Positions 24,319 through 36,852 of a stretch of 47,877 nt of DNA are shown here, in pieces. The first letter of the stretch is position 1, and each line of letters opens with the position of its first letter. The translations under genes and the position numbers were made by a program. This DNA comes from Octopus bimaculoides (taxonomy: Eukaryota). The stretch spans positions 51,996,662 through 52,044,538 of the forward strand of contig NC_068996.1 of assembly GCF_001194135.2 (NCBI RefSeq), written 5' to 3'. Under the pieces are notes generated by a model that had not been told where the DNA came from, did not search any database, and saw only the letters and a program-made list of their open reading frames with translations.

Positions 24319-24539
24319 TTCTTTAGCATTTAAACTGGCCATAACCAGCCCTGATATTCTATGTGTTTTATATGAAACCTGACCACATCCAACCTCACAT
24401 ACCTACCCTACAATGTCATTCTAAAAACATACAAACACACCATTGAAATCTTGAAGCTGCAAGATAACGAATGATTAACTCAAAAGAATGTAAATAAATA
24501 AGCAAATACATTTGACAAAGAAATTTGAATGCTAAATAG
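24319..24539. mobile_element. piggyBac-like MITE
   Basis: TTAA on both sides. Termini ttctttagcattt / gaatgctaaatag. Confidence 0.65.
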
Positions 24540-24899
24540 TTAATAATTAATCAGGGTTCACTGATTTTTTCTCTCAAACTAGTACCTACAACTCTTTTCA
24601 CCAAGTAAATGTTTTACCCCATGAAACTTGTCAAGTGTAACATCCAATGTGCTGTTTTCGGATTACTGTCCTATCTTCAGTCTTACTACCTTGAATGGCC
24701 TTTCCTACAAACAAATATTCTGCTATTGCTCTCAGTTTCTCTGCAACATATAACAACATTCTTTTGTTAAATGTGTCAGAATATAAACAGCTAATAAAGA
24801 TGTGTTTGTCATCGAACTGTAAGAATAATCAAGCAGGTCTATGATGAAAGGTCTTTCAGCCAATGATTATTACACATGTTTAAAAATATGTAGGACTAC

Positions 24900-25725
24900 A
24901 TCATTTAATAAGGATGTCTATACATTGCTGTCCTCCGTGATCAGACTCTCTCTCTCAAGCTTGGAAATTCTTCATTGTCTCAAGCAATCTGACTGAAATT
25001 TCCTCCTTCTTAAGAGCCTCTGTTGAACAGCATCACACAGTCGTTGTCTTATCTATGTTACTAAGCTCCAAGAGAATCCTTCCAATCATCAGATTGTGGT
25101 CTGAGCCAATGTCTGCTCTACAACATGCATAGACATCTTTCAAGAATGAATGCCACATAGAACTGATGCAAATGTAGCTAAATGTGTTCCTCACTGTACC
25201 ACATGAGGAAGTTTATGCAATTTTAAACAAATGCTTTTAGCAAAGAACATGCTGTTGACACTGAGCTCAAAGCAGTTACTCAACACCAACAGCCTCTCGC
25301 CACTGTTGTTTGTGCTGTTGGCCAAACCATACATGGTCATGAGATGTGTATGGATGTGTAGAATAACCACAACTGTTATTGTCCAGTTGTGCATTGAGCT
25401 TACCCAACTCACATGATGAATTGCTTTAGCAACTTCTTCCATTGGAACGGTCAGGAGTCAGGAGCTGAAGACCATGCAGTGAACAAATCTACACATTACA
25501 CATCGTTGAGATGAATCACAAATTCCAGCAATTGCTTGCGATCAGCTTCATCAACTTCAAGAAGGCCTGAAGCAGCAGGCACAGAGAGTCTCCATGGAAG
25601 ACCATCATGCTGTATGGTGTACCCAGATACTATGACATTAATCACTTTGCTAGAGGCCATTATGCAACATCAGAACTAATGATTAGAACACAAAGAGGTT
25701 CAGCATCACACCACATGAGAATTCT
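24900..25725. mobile_element. Degenerate RTE-like LINE with endonuclease on minus strand and RT on plus strand
   Basis: Minus: NNSGERLL.. and LKDVYACCRADIGSDHNLM. Plus: ISFINFKKA..HRESPWKTIMLYGVP. Confidence 0.7.
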
Positions 25726-26334
25726 CTTTTTTTTTTTTATCCCTATAGTGGTAGCATTCCACATGTACACACACACGCGCATATAGATATACATGTATCT
25801 ATGTATTTATGTATGTATGTATGGATGGATGGATGGATGGATGTGTGTATGTGTGTGATTATATGGTTATCATCATCATCATTTAATGTCCTTGTTCCAT
25901 ACTGGCATGGGTGGATGATTCGACAGGATGTAATGGGTCCAACGACTGCTTTGACATGGTTTGTATGGTTTGATGCCTTTCATAATGCCAGACACTTTGA
26001 AGAATGTAATGGATACTTTTTCTAATGCCACCAGCACACAAGAGCAGGTTTTTGTTGTTAGGGAGCTACATGGCTACTCACATTTAGGGGAGAGAGAATG
26101 AGAAAGAATCAATAGTAGCTACAAAGGGTAAAGTAATGGGGACACTTAATATAATGAGTGAAGAGGTTTTAGTTAAACTTATGTCAATGGAGAGGAGAAA
26201 GAAAAAAAGCAAGAACTTAACTGAATTAGAAGTCTGAAGCAAAAAACAAAACAAAACAAAACAATTCTGCTTTCTATTCTTTCACTTGTTTGTCATTGGA
26301 TCACAGACATGCATGTATGTATATATATTTATGT

Positions 26335-27143
26335 TCACTCAAATGCTTGAGTGGATCATTAGTAGTAGATAGCTTTTGTTACCTAGGAGACCAAGTTAGT
26401 AGTGGAGGAGGGAGTTCTGAAAATGTAGTTATTAGAATAAGAACAGGTTGGGCAAAGTTCAGAGAGCTTCTATCTTTGTTGGTAACTAAGGGCTTCTCCC
26501 TCAGACTGAAAGACAGATTGTATGATGCTTGTATACATACAGTTATGTTACATGGCAGTGAAACATGGGCTTTGACTACTGAAGACTTGCAAAGGCTTGA
26601 AAGAAATGAAGCTAGCATGCTCTGCTGGATGGGTAATGTCAGTGTGTATATATATGACAGTGTAAGTGATTTAAGAGAAAAACTGGATATAAGAGGCATC
26701 AGATGTTGTGTGCAAGAGAGAAGACTGCGCAGGTTTGGACATGAGATGTGTATGGAGGATGAGAGCTGCATAAAGAAGTGCCAAGCTCTAATTGTGAAGG
26801 GAAGCTGTGGAAGGGGTAGACCCAGGAAGACGTGAGATGAAGTGGTGAGAAAGGATCTTCTGATGCGAATACTCACAGGGGAAATGACAATGGATCAGAA
26901 GATGTGGTAATTTGCTGTTATTTGATAAGATGCATCAAGCTAAGTAAAATCTCTGTCTTCCACACAAAAAGCACTCAACACACTCTGGTAAGTGCTTGGT
27001 TTTAGGAAGGGCATCCAGCCATAGAAACCATACCCCAACAGACAGTTGGAGTTGGGACAGCTCCCAGCTGGCCAGCTCCATGTCAAACCATTTAGTCCAT
27101 ACCAGCATGGAAAACAGACATCAAACAATAATGATGATGATAT
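26335..27143 (+). mobile_element. RTE LINE 3' fragment with tail
   Basis: FCYLGDQVSSGGGSSE..RIRTGWAKFRELL..MLHGSETWAL..GRGRPRKT, then 3' UTR and (GAT)n. Confidence 0.92.
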
Positions 27144-27825
27144 ANNNNNNNNNNNNNNNNNNNNNNNNNNNNNNNNNNNNNNNNNNNNNNNNNNNNNNNN
27201 NNNNNNNNNNNNNNNNNNNNNNNNNNNNNNNNNNNNNNNNNNNNNNNNNNNNNNNNNNNNNNNNNNNNNNNNNNNNNNNNNNNNNNNNNNNNNNNATATA
27301 TATATATATATATACACATATATGGATACATTAAAGATATCTGGCAACTAACTTGGTAAACACCCACAAAATCATTAACCATTGTGCCAACAACCACCTT
27401 GAGCACCTTTTTGAGCTCCATATGTCTAACACATGGGAATGCCTACAAAGTCAGAAAACAGCACAGCTCCCATGACTTTTAGAAACATTTTTTCACACTC
27501 AGAATTGCTGAAGCATGGTACAAACTACTTGCATCAGTTGTTAGTTGCCAAGACATTGCATCCTTTAAACCTTCCATGCTTCCTGAAATTCACCAACACT
27601 ATACACCTGACATCTCCTTCCCCCTCCTTACGCATGCACACCTGTATATCATGACTCATACACTTCACTTTCCTGACTTTTCTACATAATTCTATCTACT
27701 GTACATAACACCTTTGATGAGTTGCAGTGCACCTGAGCACTATACACAATAATTTCATTATTATTATTATTATTATATATATGGATGTGTAAAAGATGTA
27801 TGTATATATATATATATATATATAC

Positions 27826-27982
27826 TCTCTGAGTGGTTGGCGTTAGGAAGGGCATCCAGCTGTAGAAACTCTGCCAAATCAGACTGGAGCCTGGTGTTGC
27901 CATCCGGTTTCACCAGTCCTCAGTCAAATCGTCCAACCCATGCTAGCATGGAAAGCGGACGTTAAACGATGATGATGATGAT
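27826..27982 (+). mobile_element. Young RTE 3' tail
   Basis: Near-identical to 3280-3436. Confidence 0.9.
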
Positions 27983-29139
27983 ATATATTCCTTTTCTTTT
28001 ATTTGTTTCAGTCATTTGNNNNNNNNNNNNNNNNNNNNNNNNNNNNNNNNNNNNNNNNNNNNNNNNNNNNNNNNNNNNNNNNNNNNNNNNNNNNNNNNNN
28101 NNNNNNNNNNNNNNNNNNNNNNNNNNNNNNNNNNNNNNNNNNNNNNNNNNNNNNNNNNNNNNNNNNNNNNNNNNNNNNNNNNNNNNNNNNNNNNNNNNNN
28201 NNNNNNNNNNNNNNNNNNNNNNNNNNNNNNNNNNNNNNNNNNNNNNNNNNNNNNNNNNNNNNNNNNNNNNNNNNNNNNNNNNNNNNNNNNNNNNNNNNNN
28301 NNNNNNNNNNNNNNNNNNNNNNNNNNNNNNNNNNNNNNNNNNNNNNNNNNNNNNNNNCTTTCAGTTTCCGTCTGCCAAATCCACTCACAAGGTTTTGGTC
28401 GACCTGAGGTTATAGTTGAAGACACTTGCCCAAGGTGCCATGCAGTGGGACTGAACCCAGAGCCATGTGGTTCGTAAGTAAGCTACTTTATTTCAATCAA
28501 ATTGCCATCAAGGCATTACATAGAAGTGGAGGCTGCAGGCTGGACAATGACATTAATGAAATGAATGATGAAAAAAAATGGTATTAATGAGGGAATGCAG
28601 ATGACACCCGCCGATCGCTGCTTCTCTAAAACATTGTTCTTTTACAAAACACACAATTTGAGGTAATAAACCTCTTACTAATGTTCCATTGTACTCAAGG
28701 TCCTTACAATGAGGCACTAAGCCTCTTACCAAAAATAACACAATGTCCTTACAAATGAGACAATAGCCCTCTTACATTTTCTCTTATGGACCAAATGCCC
28801 TTTCAGTATGAGGCACTAACGGTCTCTTTTGCTGAACTGCAAGGTCACAAGACCCCTACACACAGTAACACGAGTTGTCAAACAGTGGTGGAGAACAAAC
28901 ACACACACACACATATGACACACTCACACATATCTATACCTATATCTATCTATCCATAAACTAGCCATGACTATCTTTATCTAAATATATAACTGGTACC
29001 TGTGCCAGTGGCATGTAAAAAGCACCCACTACACTCTTGGAGAGGTTGGCATCCAACCATAGAAGCCTTGTCAGATTAGACTGGAACCTGGTGCAGAACC
29101 CCCCTGACTTACCAGTTTTCTGTCAAACCATTGGTTGAC

Positions 29140-29290
29140 TGTGTGGGAAGAAGTTTGCTTCCCAACCACATGGTTCCAGGTTCTGTCTCACTGCATGTTA
29201 CCTTGCGCATGTGTCTTTTACTATAGCCTCAGGCTGACCAAAACCTTGTGAGTGGATTTGGTAGATGGAAACTGAAAGAAGCCCGTCATA
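29140..29290 (+). mobile_element. tRNA-derived SINE head (a minus-strand head lies at 28358-28475)
   Basis: Aligns with 43494-43640. Confidence 0.8.
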
Positions 29291-29307
29291 TATGTATATA
29301 CATACAC

Positions 29308-29353
<46 letters not shown>

Positions 29354-31059
29354 CTATTNNNNNNNNNNNNNNNNNNNNNNNNNNNNNNNNNNNNNNNNNN
29401 NNNNNNNNNNNNNNNNNNNNNNNNNNNNNNNNNNNNNNNNNNNNNNNNNNNNNNNNNNNNNNNNNNNNNNNNNNNNNNNNNNNNNNNNNNNNNNNNNNNN
29501 NNNNNNNNNNNNNNNNNNNNNNNNNNNNNNNNNNNNNNNNNNNNNNNNNNNNNNNNNNNNNNNNNNNNNNNNNNNNNNNNNNNNNNNNNNNNNNNNNNNN
29601 NNNNNNNNNNNNNNNNNNNNNNNNNNNNNNNNNNNNNNNNNNNNNNNNNNNNNNNNNNNNNNNNNNNNNNNNNNNNNNNNNNNNNNNNNNNNNNNNNNNN
29701 NNNNNNNNNNNNNNNNNNNNNNNNNNNNNNNNNNNNNNNNNNNNNNNNNNNNNNNNNNNNNNNNNNNNNNNNNNNNNNNNNNNNNNNNNNNNNNNNNNNN
29801 NNNNNNNNNNNNNNNNNNNNNNNNNNNNNNNNNNNNNNNNNNNNNNNNNNNNNNNNNNNNNNNNNNNNNNNNNNNNNNNNNNNNNNNNNNNNNNNNNNNN
29901 NNNNNNNNNNNNNNNNNNNNNNNNNNNNNNNNNNNNNNNNNNNNNNNNNNNNNNNNNNNNNNNNNNNNNNNNNNNNNNNNNNNNNNNNNNNNNNNNNNNN
30001 NNNNNNNNNNNNNNNNNNNNNNNNNNNNNNNNNNNNNNNNNNNNNNNNNNNNNNNNNNNNNNNNNNNNNNNNNNNNNNNNNNNNNNNNNNNNNNNNNNNN
30101 NNNNNNNNNNNNNNATATATATATAAGGTGCAGCAGAAAGGATGTCCTGATTTCAAAGGTTAATAAAAGACAAATGCATGAAGATGCATGAAAGAACTTT
30201 GTATTTCTATGAAGTTCATTAAATGCTGTTTTCTTTTACTGTTTCAGGTGGTGCCCACCATGGCCTGGAATGGAGAGCATTGTGAATTTGTTGTTGAAGA
30301 GTTTGTTTTTTATTAACCTTTAAAATCGGGGCAACCTTTCTGCCGCACCCTGCATATATATATTTATAGACAAGATATAAATAATGGTCATTACCTATTT
30401 TATCTATATCTATACACAAACACACACACACACAAACATATATTTGCATGCGTGTGTGTTTGTGCTTGTATGTATATTATCTAACTGATAAGTGATTCAT
30501 AAAATCAGGACATAAGATATTGTACCATGTTTTCCACACATCTCTGAATATAACGATTGCTTAGAGTCAAAGGAAAGAAAAGTTTGTCTAAATGGGAGTG
30601 TATATTGAAACACTCAGGTCCATCTGTGAAACGTTATCAATGGCATTGCACAAATTCCTTTGGCCTAATTTAGAACACAAGTGACAAAACTATGTTTGTC
30701 AAAATAAAAACAACTTGAAAGCACACCTTGAAGATAATTCCTCCACTTCCGCCTGAAATGAAAAAATAAAGTGAATGTGTTTCTAATAGCAGAGCAGATT
30801 AGGCTGAAAGATAGGGAAACATTGCAATAGGAGAAGGCTGTAGTACTTCAGATCCTGCATTCTTATTTATAGTATATGAAGGTGGTAGTGCTAAGTAGTG
30901 ATGTGAATAAATACAAACTTGTTACTAGTTCAAAAATGCTTGAGGAATATTCAAACCTGTAAGAAAGTGATTTGCTGTGTTTTTCCATGAAAGAAATTTC
31001 TCGTTGTTGATAAACAGGTGTAAATACACTGAATCAGCACACAGCATTTTATAACCAGA

Positions 31060-31107
31060 GTGTGGGATGCATACATTTCAGAGTGATTATTTCCCCTTCA
31101 GCCATAG
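31060..31107 (-). ncRNA. Minimal hammerhead-like ribozyme, decayed copy
   Basis: ctatgg CTGAAGg ggaa ataatca ctct GAA atgtatgcat C ccacac. Confidence 0.6.
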
Positions 31108-31323
31108 AGACTGGAAAGGCAAACACTGAGAACTGACATGAGATGCAGATCCCTCTTATGATATTCCCATCGTGGTTCAATGACTGGTTGTGCGGTTCCA
31201 CAGCTCACTGTAAATTAGATATGGGATGACAGTGCTAAGCATTGATGTGTATAAATACAGACTTGTCACCAGTTCAAATGTGTTGGCTCACATGTCAGTT
31301 CATAATGTCTGCTTTTCTGGTGT

Positions 31324-31371
31324 CTGTACCTGAAGAGGAGATAACCACTCCAAAATTCATGCATCCAACAG
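31324..31371 (+). ncRNA. Minimal hammerhead-like ribozyme, decayed copy
   Basis: ctgtac CTGAAGA ggag ataacca ctcc aAA attcatgcat C caacag. Confidence 0.65.
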
Positions 31372-31572
31372 TCTGGTCAGTGAGCGTTGTGAACAGACTC
31401 GGTGTATTTACATCTATATTTGTCTACAACAAGAAATTTTCTTCAGGACAAATTACAGTGAATCACTTTCTTATGGGTTTGAATATGCCTTAAACAATTT
31501 TGTATTCTTATTTATAGATACTAACCTTAAAAAAATAATAAGGTTTGTTATGTTCTCAGACATACTTAAGTA

Positions 31573-32465
31573 TTGGGTCATTCCATAATTAATGCAGTTT
31601 TTTATACTTCTTTTATTTTTCAAAATTAAGATAAACAAAGTTCTTTTTTAATCTAAAATATACTCTCCTTCATTTTCTACAATACTCTTCCATCTATCTG
31701 GTAGACTTGCAAGGCCCATCTTCCAAAATTCACTTGTCCTGGATGAAAAATACTCCTCCAGTACTGTTCTGACCTTGTCTACAGAATTCATACTTTTTCT
31801 ATCCAAGTGAGTTTGAAGACTTTGAAATAAATGATATTCAGATGGGGCAATGTGAATACGGTGGGTGGTGCATCGTTTCCCATTCAAACTGCTCCAGCCT
31901 TTGGAATATCATCTTTACTGAGCATTATCCTGATGGAAGAACACCTTTTTTCTTGAAACCAAAGAGGATCATTTTCCAATGCCATGCAGGTATCTATGAA
32001 TGATTGAATGACCAAATCCAAGCTTCTCTGCTAGTTCTTCAACAGTTACCAGGGTTTGCAGGACGTCCTCGTTGAGCTCTACAGATCTTCCAGGATGAGG
32101 CTCATCTTCTAGGCTGTAGTTTCTGGCTCTGAATTTCTGGAACCACTCTTGACACTGGCTTATGCTTATTGTCCTATCCCCATATACTGCATTAATATTC
32201 CTCACACTTTCCATTGCGTTGTTGCCTTTATTGAACTCATAAAGCAAAATATGCCAAATTTGCTCCTTTGCCATTTTCATTATAGCTTTGAAAAAATAAC
32301 TGTTAAAATTGAACTGCACTCTTTAAAACGTGAACTAGGAATAAATACAAGATAAAATTACTACCTGCTTTTATAGCAAGTTGATGCAGGTAGTTTATCC
32401 CATCCCCCTCCAACTTTTAGTTCATGCAATTGAAAAAAAACCACATTATTTATGGGATGACCCAA
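31573..32465 (-). mobile_element. mariner transposon, internally deleted, with both TIRs and TA target duplication
   Basis: TA|ttgggtcattccataattaatg ... cattatttatgggatgacccaa|TA. Encodes MAKEQIWHILLYEFNKG..FQKFRARNYSLEDEPHPGR and APSEYHLFQSL..LPDRWKSIVENEGEYILD. Confidence 0.93.
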
Positions 32466-33679
32466 TATTTATGGTCAGTAAGACTAAAACATTTAGTAAC
32501 ATTCAGAAGATTCAGCTTTGGCTGTATTGCTACACATTGTTGGATGATATATATTTATGAGCACAAGGTGGGCCATTCACATGCTTCTGGTTCCTGCTTA
32601 TAACATTAAATATATAGTGTTGCAACACATGAAGTGTCAGTCAGTTCTCAATTGTTAAAGACACTTAAAACTATCACAAATTGGTTAAACAAAATAGATT
32701 CTATTACATATTTGCTTGACATCAAGTTCAGAATAAAAAATTGGTAGTTAAGTTGAATCATTAAAACCTTTTTGCTGACCTTGGAACGAGAAGGCAAGTC
32801 ACTAAGTCAATGAAAAGATTTTGACTAACAAATAACCAATTGACTATTTAACCAGCTCATTAAACAAACAATTTATTAGTTAGTTGGTTAGATATTTAAC
32901 CAATTGACTAACGATAGAGAAGTGGAATTGAACCAGTGGCATAATGACTCTTTCAAGACACAACAAACCATCATATCAAGATTTTAACAAATGTAAGAGA
33001 ATGTTCCAAAATTGAATCACATACCAGAGATCCTCTGAAATTTCAGTCAGTTTTAAAATATCCTTACAAATTAAGACAGTTCCTTTATTTTCCGCTACCT
33101 ACCATTTTACTGTACTCACTCCATTAACAAAAATCCTCTCCAATATCTTTAATTGATTTCATTTGTTAATGACCACAGTATTTTCCATAAAGTCAGTTCT
33201 AGTGGAGATTTGCTCTCCAATGTCATTCACATTGTTGTTGTTGTTGTTCTCAGTGTCAATAGAGTTTTCATTAATGTCTGATATGTGAATTTCTTGGCAA
33301 AATTGTCCACCAATAGGCTCCATCTCTTCTTTGTGTCTTGGAACTATAGCGTCCAATCAGATCACACCATCACAGTATGTGCTGACAGAACTCTTTTTGA
33401 CCCATGTTCTTTCGATCTTGGAAAGGATTTTTATTTATTCTCTGCACTTTTCTTTCTATACCTCAATGATCTACTGATCATTGTCTCAACAATGCTCACC
33501 TCTACACTGATTGTACCACTTTTTATTCCTTTCTAACCTTCCAAACTCAGGTGTCATCCACATACAAACTAGACACAATATACCAAACCCATATTAATCC
33601 TTTGAACAGAAACCTTTAAATTATTTTCCAGTGGGATCATGCCAAACTCTTTCCCTTCAAAAGTACAAAGACAGAATCA

Positions 33680-33910
33680 CTAACATGACATTGGTTTCAA
33701 ATTTTGGTACAAGGCCAGCAATTTCTGGGGAGAATGTAAGTCAGTTACATCGATCCCAGTGCTCAACTGGTACTTAAAATAAGTAAAACTCTGAAAAGAT
33801 GAAAGGCAAAGTCAACCTCAGCGGAATTTGAACTCGGACCATAGCGACGGATGAAATGCCACTAAACATTTTGCTTGGCGCACTAACGACTCTGCCAGTT
33901 CACTGCCTTA
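33680..33910 (-). mobile_element. SINE (second family)
   Basis: ..gatgaaaggcaaagtcaacctcagcggaatttgaactc.. as at 20720-20762. Confidence 0.8.
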
Positions 33911-34287
33911 TCACTATATATTATTAAGAAAACATTATAGTACTCTTCTCCCTAAACCGTACACAGCACACAACTAAAAACTTCAAGGTTACTACAAATA
34001 CTTAGACTTGCCATCACTGATGAACTTCCAGCTGAATGTACTCTCACAACAAAGACTGCATGACGATGACTAGATTTTCTCTTCAGAGCCATAAAATGCT
34101 TCAACCTTCAACAACAAGTTAATTTTTTATAAAGCTAAAAAGAAATCTACAACAGCATATTGCTCCTGCATATGGGATGGTGCTGCTGTTACATTCAAAG
34201 TAATGCTACTTGATTGATTGGTATAAAGTCATTCACCTACATACAAACATGTTATATTCTCTATCACTCTCTTTCTCATATATATAT

Positions 34288-34845
34288 ATCATCATTGTTT
34301 AACATTCGCTTTCCATGCTGGCATGGGTTGGACAATTTGACTGATGACTGGTGAACCAGATGGCTACACCAGATGCCAATCTGATCTGGCAGAGTTTCTA
34401 CAGCTGGATGCCCTTCCTAACGCCAACCACTCCGAGAGTGTAGTGGGTGCTTTTACGTGCCACTGGCACGAGGGCCAGTCAGGTGGTACTGGCAACGGCC
34501 ATGCTCAAAATGGTGTTTTTCATGTGCCACCTGCACAGGAGCCAGTCCAGCGGCACTGGCAACAACCTCGCTTGAATGTTTTTTCACATGCCACCGGCAC
34601 AAGTGCCAGTAAGGCAGCACTGGTAACGGTCACGCTCAAATGGTGCCAGACAGCTGCTCTGGCAATGATCCCGCTTGGACGGTGCTGTTAGTGCTCCACT
34701 GGCACAGGTGCTAGTCATCGAATTTGGTTTAATTACGATTTCGATTTCACTTGCCCCAACAGGTCTTCGCAAGCAGAGTTTAGTGTCCAATGAAGGAAAG
34801 GTTGGCATGGGTGCCAGTTGTCGAATTTGGTTCGATTTCGATTTC
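34288..34845 (-). mobile_element. RTE 3' UTR and tail
   Basis: Reverse complement of 2820-3436. Confidence 0.9.
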
Positions 34846-34855
34846 TATATATATA

Positions 34856-35215
34856 CTGTAAATCCTCCTTGAGTATACACGGGATTTTTAGGGGCCTGTA
34901 CCTCTGAAAAACCTAAACTTTGTGTATAATATGCACCCCTTCTCTAACTTGAGTCAAGGAGGTCTATATAACGTCCTTGGTTTGTAAACGTATATACGGT
35001 AACGTCCTTTATTATTATTGTGTATATAACATAATGCAAACATGTAGCTTTTTTGTGCTCTTTGCAGAAAATAAAGAAATAGCAGTGAAAAATAAATATA
35101 AAATAAATTGCCTTTACATATTTATCACTTAGAAAATTTTGCTTAGAAAATATTTTAGAAATTTTGACCCTTAAATTTTGGGAAAAAAGTGTGGATTATA
35201 CTCGAGGATTTACGG
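34856..35215. mobile_element. Tc1/pogo-type MITE in a (TA)n tract
   Basis: TA|ctgtaaatcctc..gagtata ... tatactcgaggatttacgg|TA. Confidence 0.75.
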
Positions 35216-35234
35216 TATATATATATATATATAT

Positions 35235-36264
35235 ATATGATGATATACATATATCATCATCATTTAACGTCTGTTTTCATGTTGGCATGGGTAGGACAGT
35301 TTGACTGAGAACTGGCAAGGTAGGAGGCTGCACCAGGTTCCAATCTGTTCTGGCAAGGTTTCTACAGCTGTATGCCCTTCCTAATACCAACCACTCTGAG
35401 GGTATAGTGGGTGCTTTTTATGTGCCACCGGCATGGGAGCCAGTTAGGCAGTACTGGCATCGACCATGTTTGGATGGTACTTTTTATGTGCCACCATTAT
35501 TGGAGCCGGTCAAGGGGGGACTGGCATCAAACACGTTCGCATAGTGCTTTTTACATTCCACTGGCATGGGGAGCCATTCAGGTGGAGCTGGCATCAGCCA
35601 CAACTACAATTTCCATTTGATTTCGATCTTGATTTGATTTTGATTTTGATTTCACTTGACTCAATAAGTCTTCTCAAGCGCCGCATATTGACCAATGATT
35701 CAAGGGTACTTTTAAATGGGCCGGTTATGTGACACTGGTATAGGCTACAGCTGCGATCTCACTTTACTTGTCGGGTCTTCTCAATTACAGCATATCTCCA
35801 AAGGTCTTGGTCTCTTGTCATTACCTCTGTGAGGTCCAACGTTTGAAAGTCGTGCTTCACCACCTCATCTCATATTATATATATGTTATCTAAGTGACCA
35901 AGTCAGTAATGGAGACGCATGCTCTGAGAGCATAGCTGCTAGTATAAAAATAGGCTGGGCATAATTCAGAGCTCCTACCTCTGTTGGTAACAAAGGACTT
36001 CTCCCTCAGAGTGAAAGGCAGACTGTATGATGCCTGTGTGCAAACAGCCATGTCACATAGCAGTGAAACATGGGCCGTGACTGCCGAGGACAAGCATAGG
36101 CTTGAAAGAAATGAAGCTCGTATGCTTCGCTGGATGTGTAATGTCAGTGTGTATGTACGACAGAACATAAGTGTCTTAAGAGAAAAACTGGGCATAAGAG
36201 GCATCAGATGTGGTATGCAAGAGAGACGACTGCACTGGTATGGTCATGCGATGTGTATGGATGA
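35235..36264. mobile_element. RTE LINE with 5' inversion: 3' part on minus (35235-35872), upstream RT part on plus (35894-36264)
   Basis: Minus: DEVVKHDFQTLDLTEVMT... Plus: YLSDQVS..FRELLPLL..RRLHWYGHAMCMDE. Confidence 0.85.
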
Positions 36265-36628
36265 ACCACATGTTTCACTAATAACGCTCTGGAAGTTGAA
36301 GGAACTTGGCTACAAAGTTCTTCCCCACCCAGCTTATTCCCCAGACCTTTCTCCTACCGACTACCACTTTTTTAAGCACCTTGATGGTTTCCTGCGAGAG
36401 AAGGAGTTCAAAAATCAGACCAATGCTGAAAGTGCATTCAAAGAGTTCATCAGCTCCAGAACTCCAGATTTTTATGTTACTGGAATAAACAAACTTGTAA
36501 CTCGTTGGCAAAAATGTGTTGATTGTAATTGTACTTACTTTGGTGAATAAAATTAGTGCATTGTTGAAATATATTGCGATGAATTTCATGTTTCAGAGCA
36601 TTGCTTTCTTTCTACTTAACCTGATATA
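36265..36628 (+). mobile_element. mariner 3' fragment
   Basis: PHVSLITLWKLKELGYKVLPHPAYSPDLSPTDYHFFKHL..RWQKCVDCNCTYF (YSPDL motif). TIR-like end aacctgata. Confidence 0.92.
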
Positions 36629-36753
36629 CATATATACCAGAGTAAGCATGTAAATGTGAAACAAGGTGGGAGAAAATATTACTTGAATACTGAAGGTAAA
36701 ATAGTATACTTTATTAATAGAGCTGCAAAGACATTACAAAAATATCACAAAAA

Positions 36754-36795
36754 AACTACTACTAAGAGTTTCATGTTCCCGTTCGTCGGACAGTT
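36754..36795 (-). ncRNA. Minimal hammerhead-like ribozyme, U4C core
   Basis: aactgt CCGACGA acg ggaa cat GAA actc t tagt A gtagtt. Confidence 0.6.
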
Positions 36796-36810
36796 GTGAT
36801 TCTGAATCAC

Positions 36811-36852
36811 AATTGTCCAACAAAGGGGAACGTGAAACTCTGAGTAGCAGTG
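36811..36852 (+). ncRNA. Minimal hammerhead-like ribozyme, U4C core, CpG-decayed
   Basis: aattgt CCaACaA agg ggaa cgt GAA actc t gagt A gcagtg. Confidence 0.55.

Larger units (their letters stand above)
30935..31500. mobile_element. Inverted pair of about 210-bp pLTR-like units
   Basis: 30935-31145 versus the reverse complement of 31285-31500 (aatcactttctta..ggtttgaatat; gtgtatttaca; catgtcagttc shared). Confidence 0.75.

Noticed and set aside
6526-30191. Long ORFs spanning N runs or microsatellites (poly-[17 protein letters not shown])
   Set aside because: Artefacts of gaps and simple repeats.
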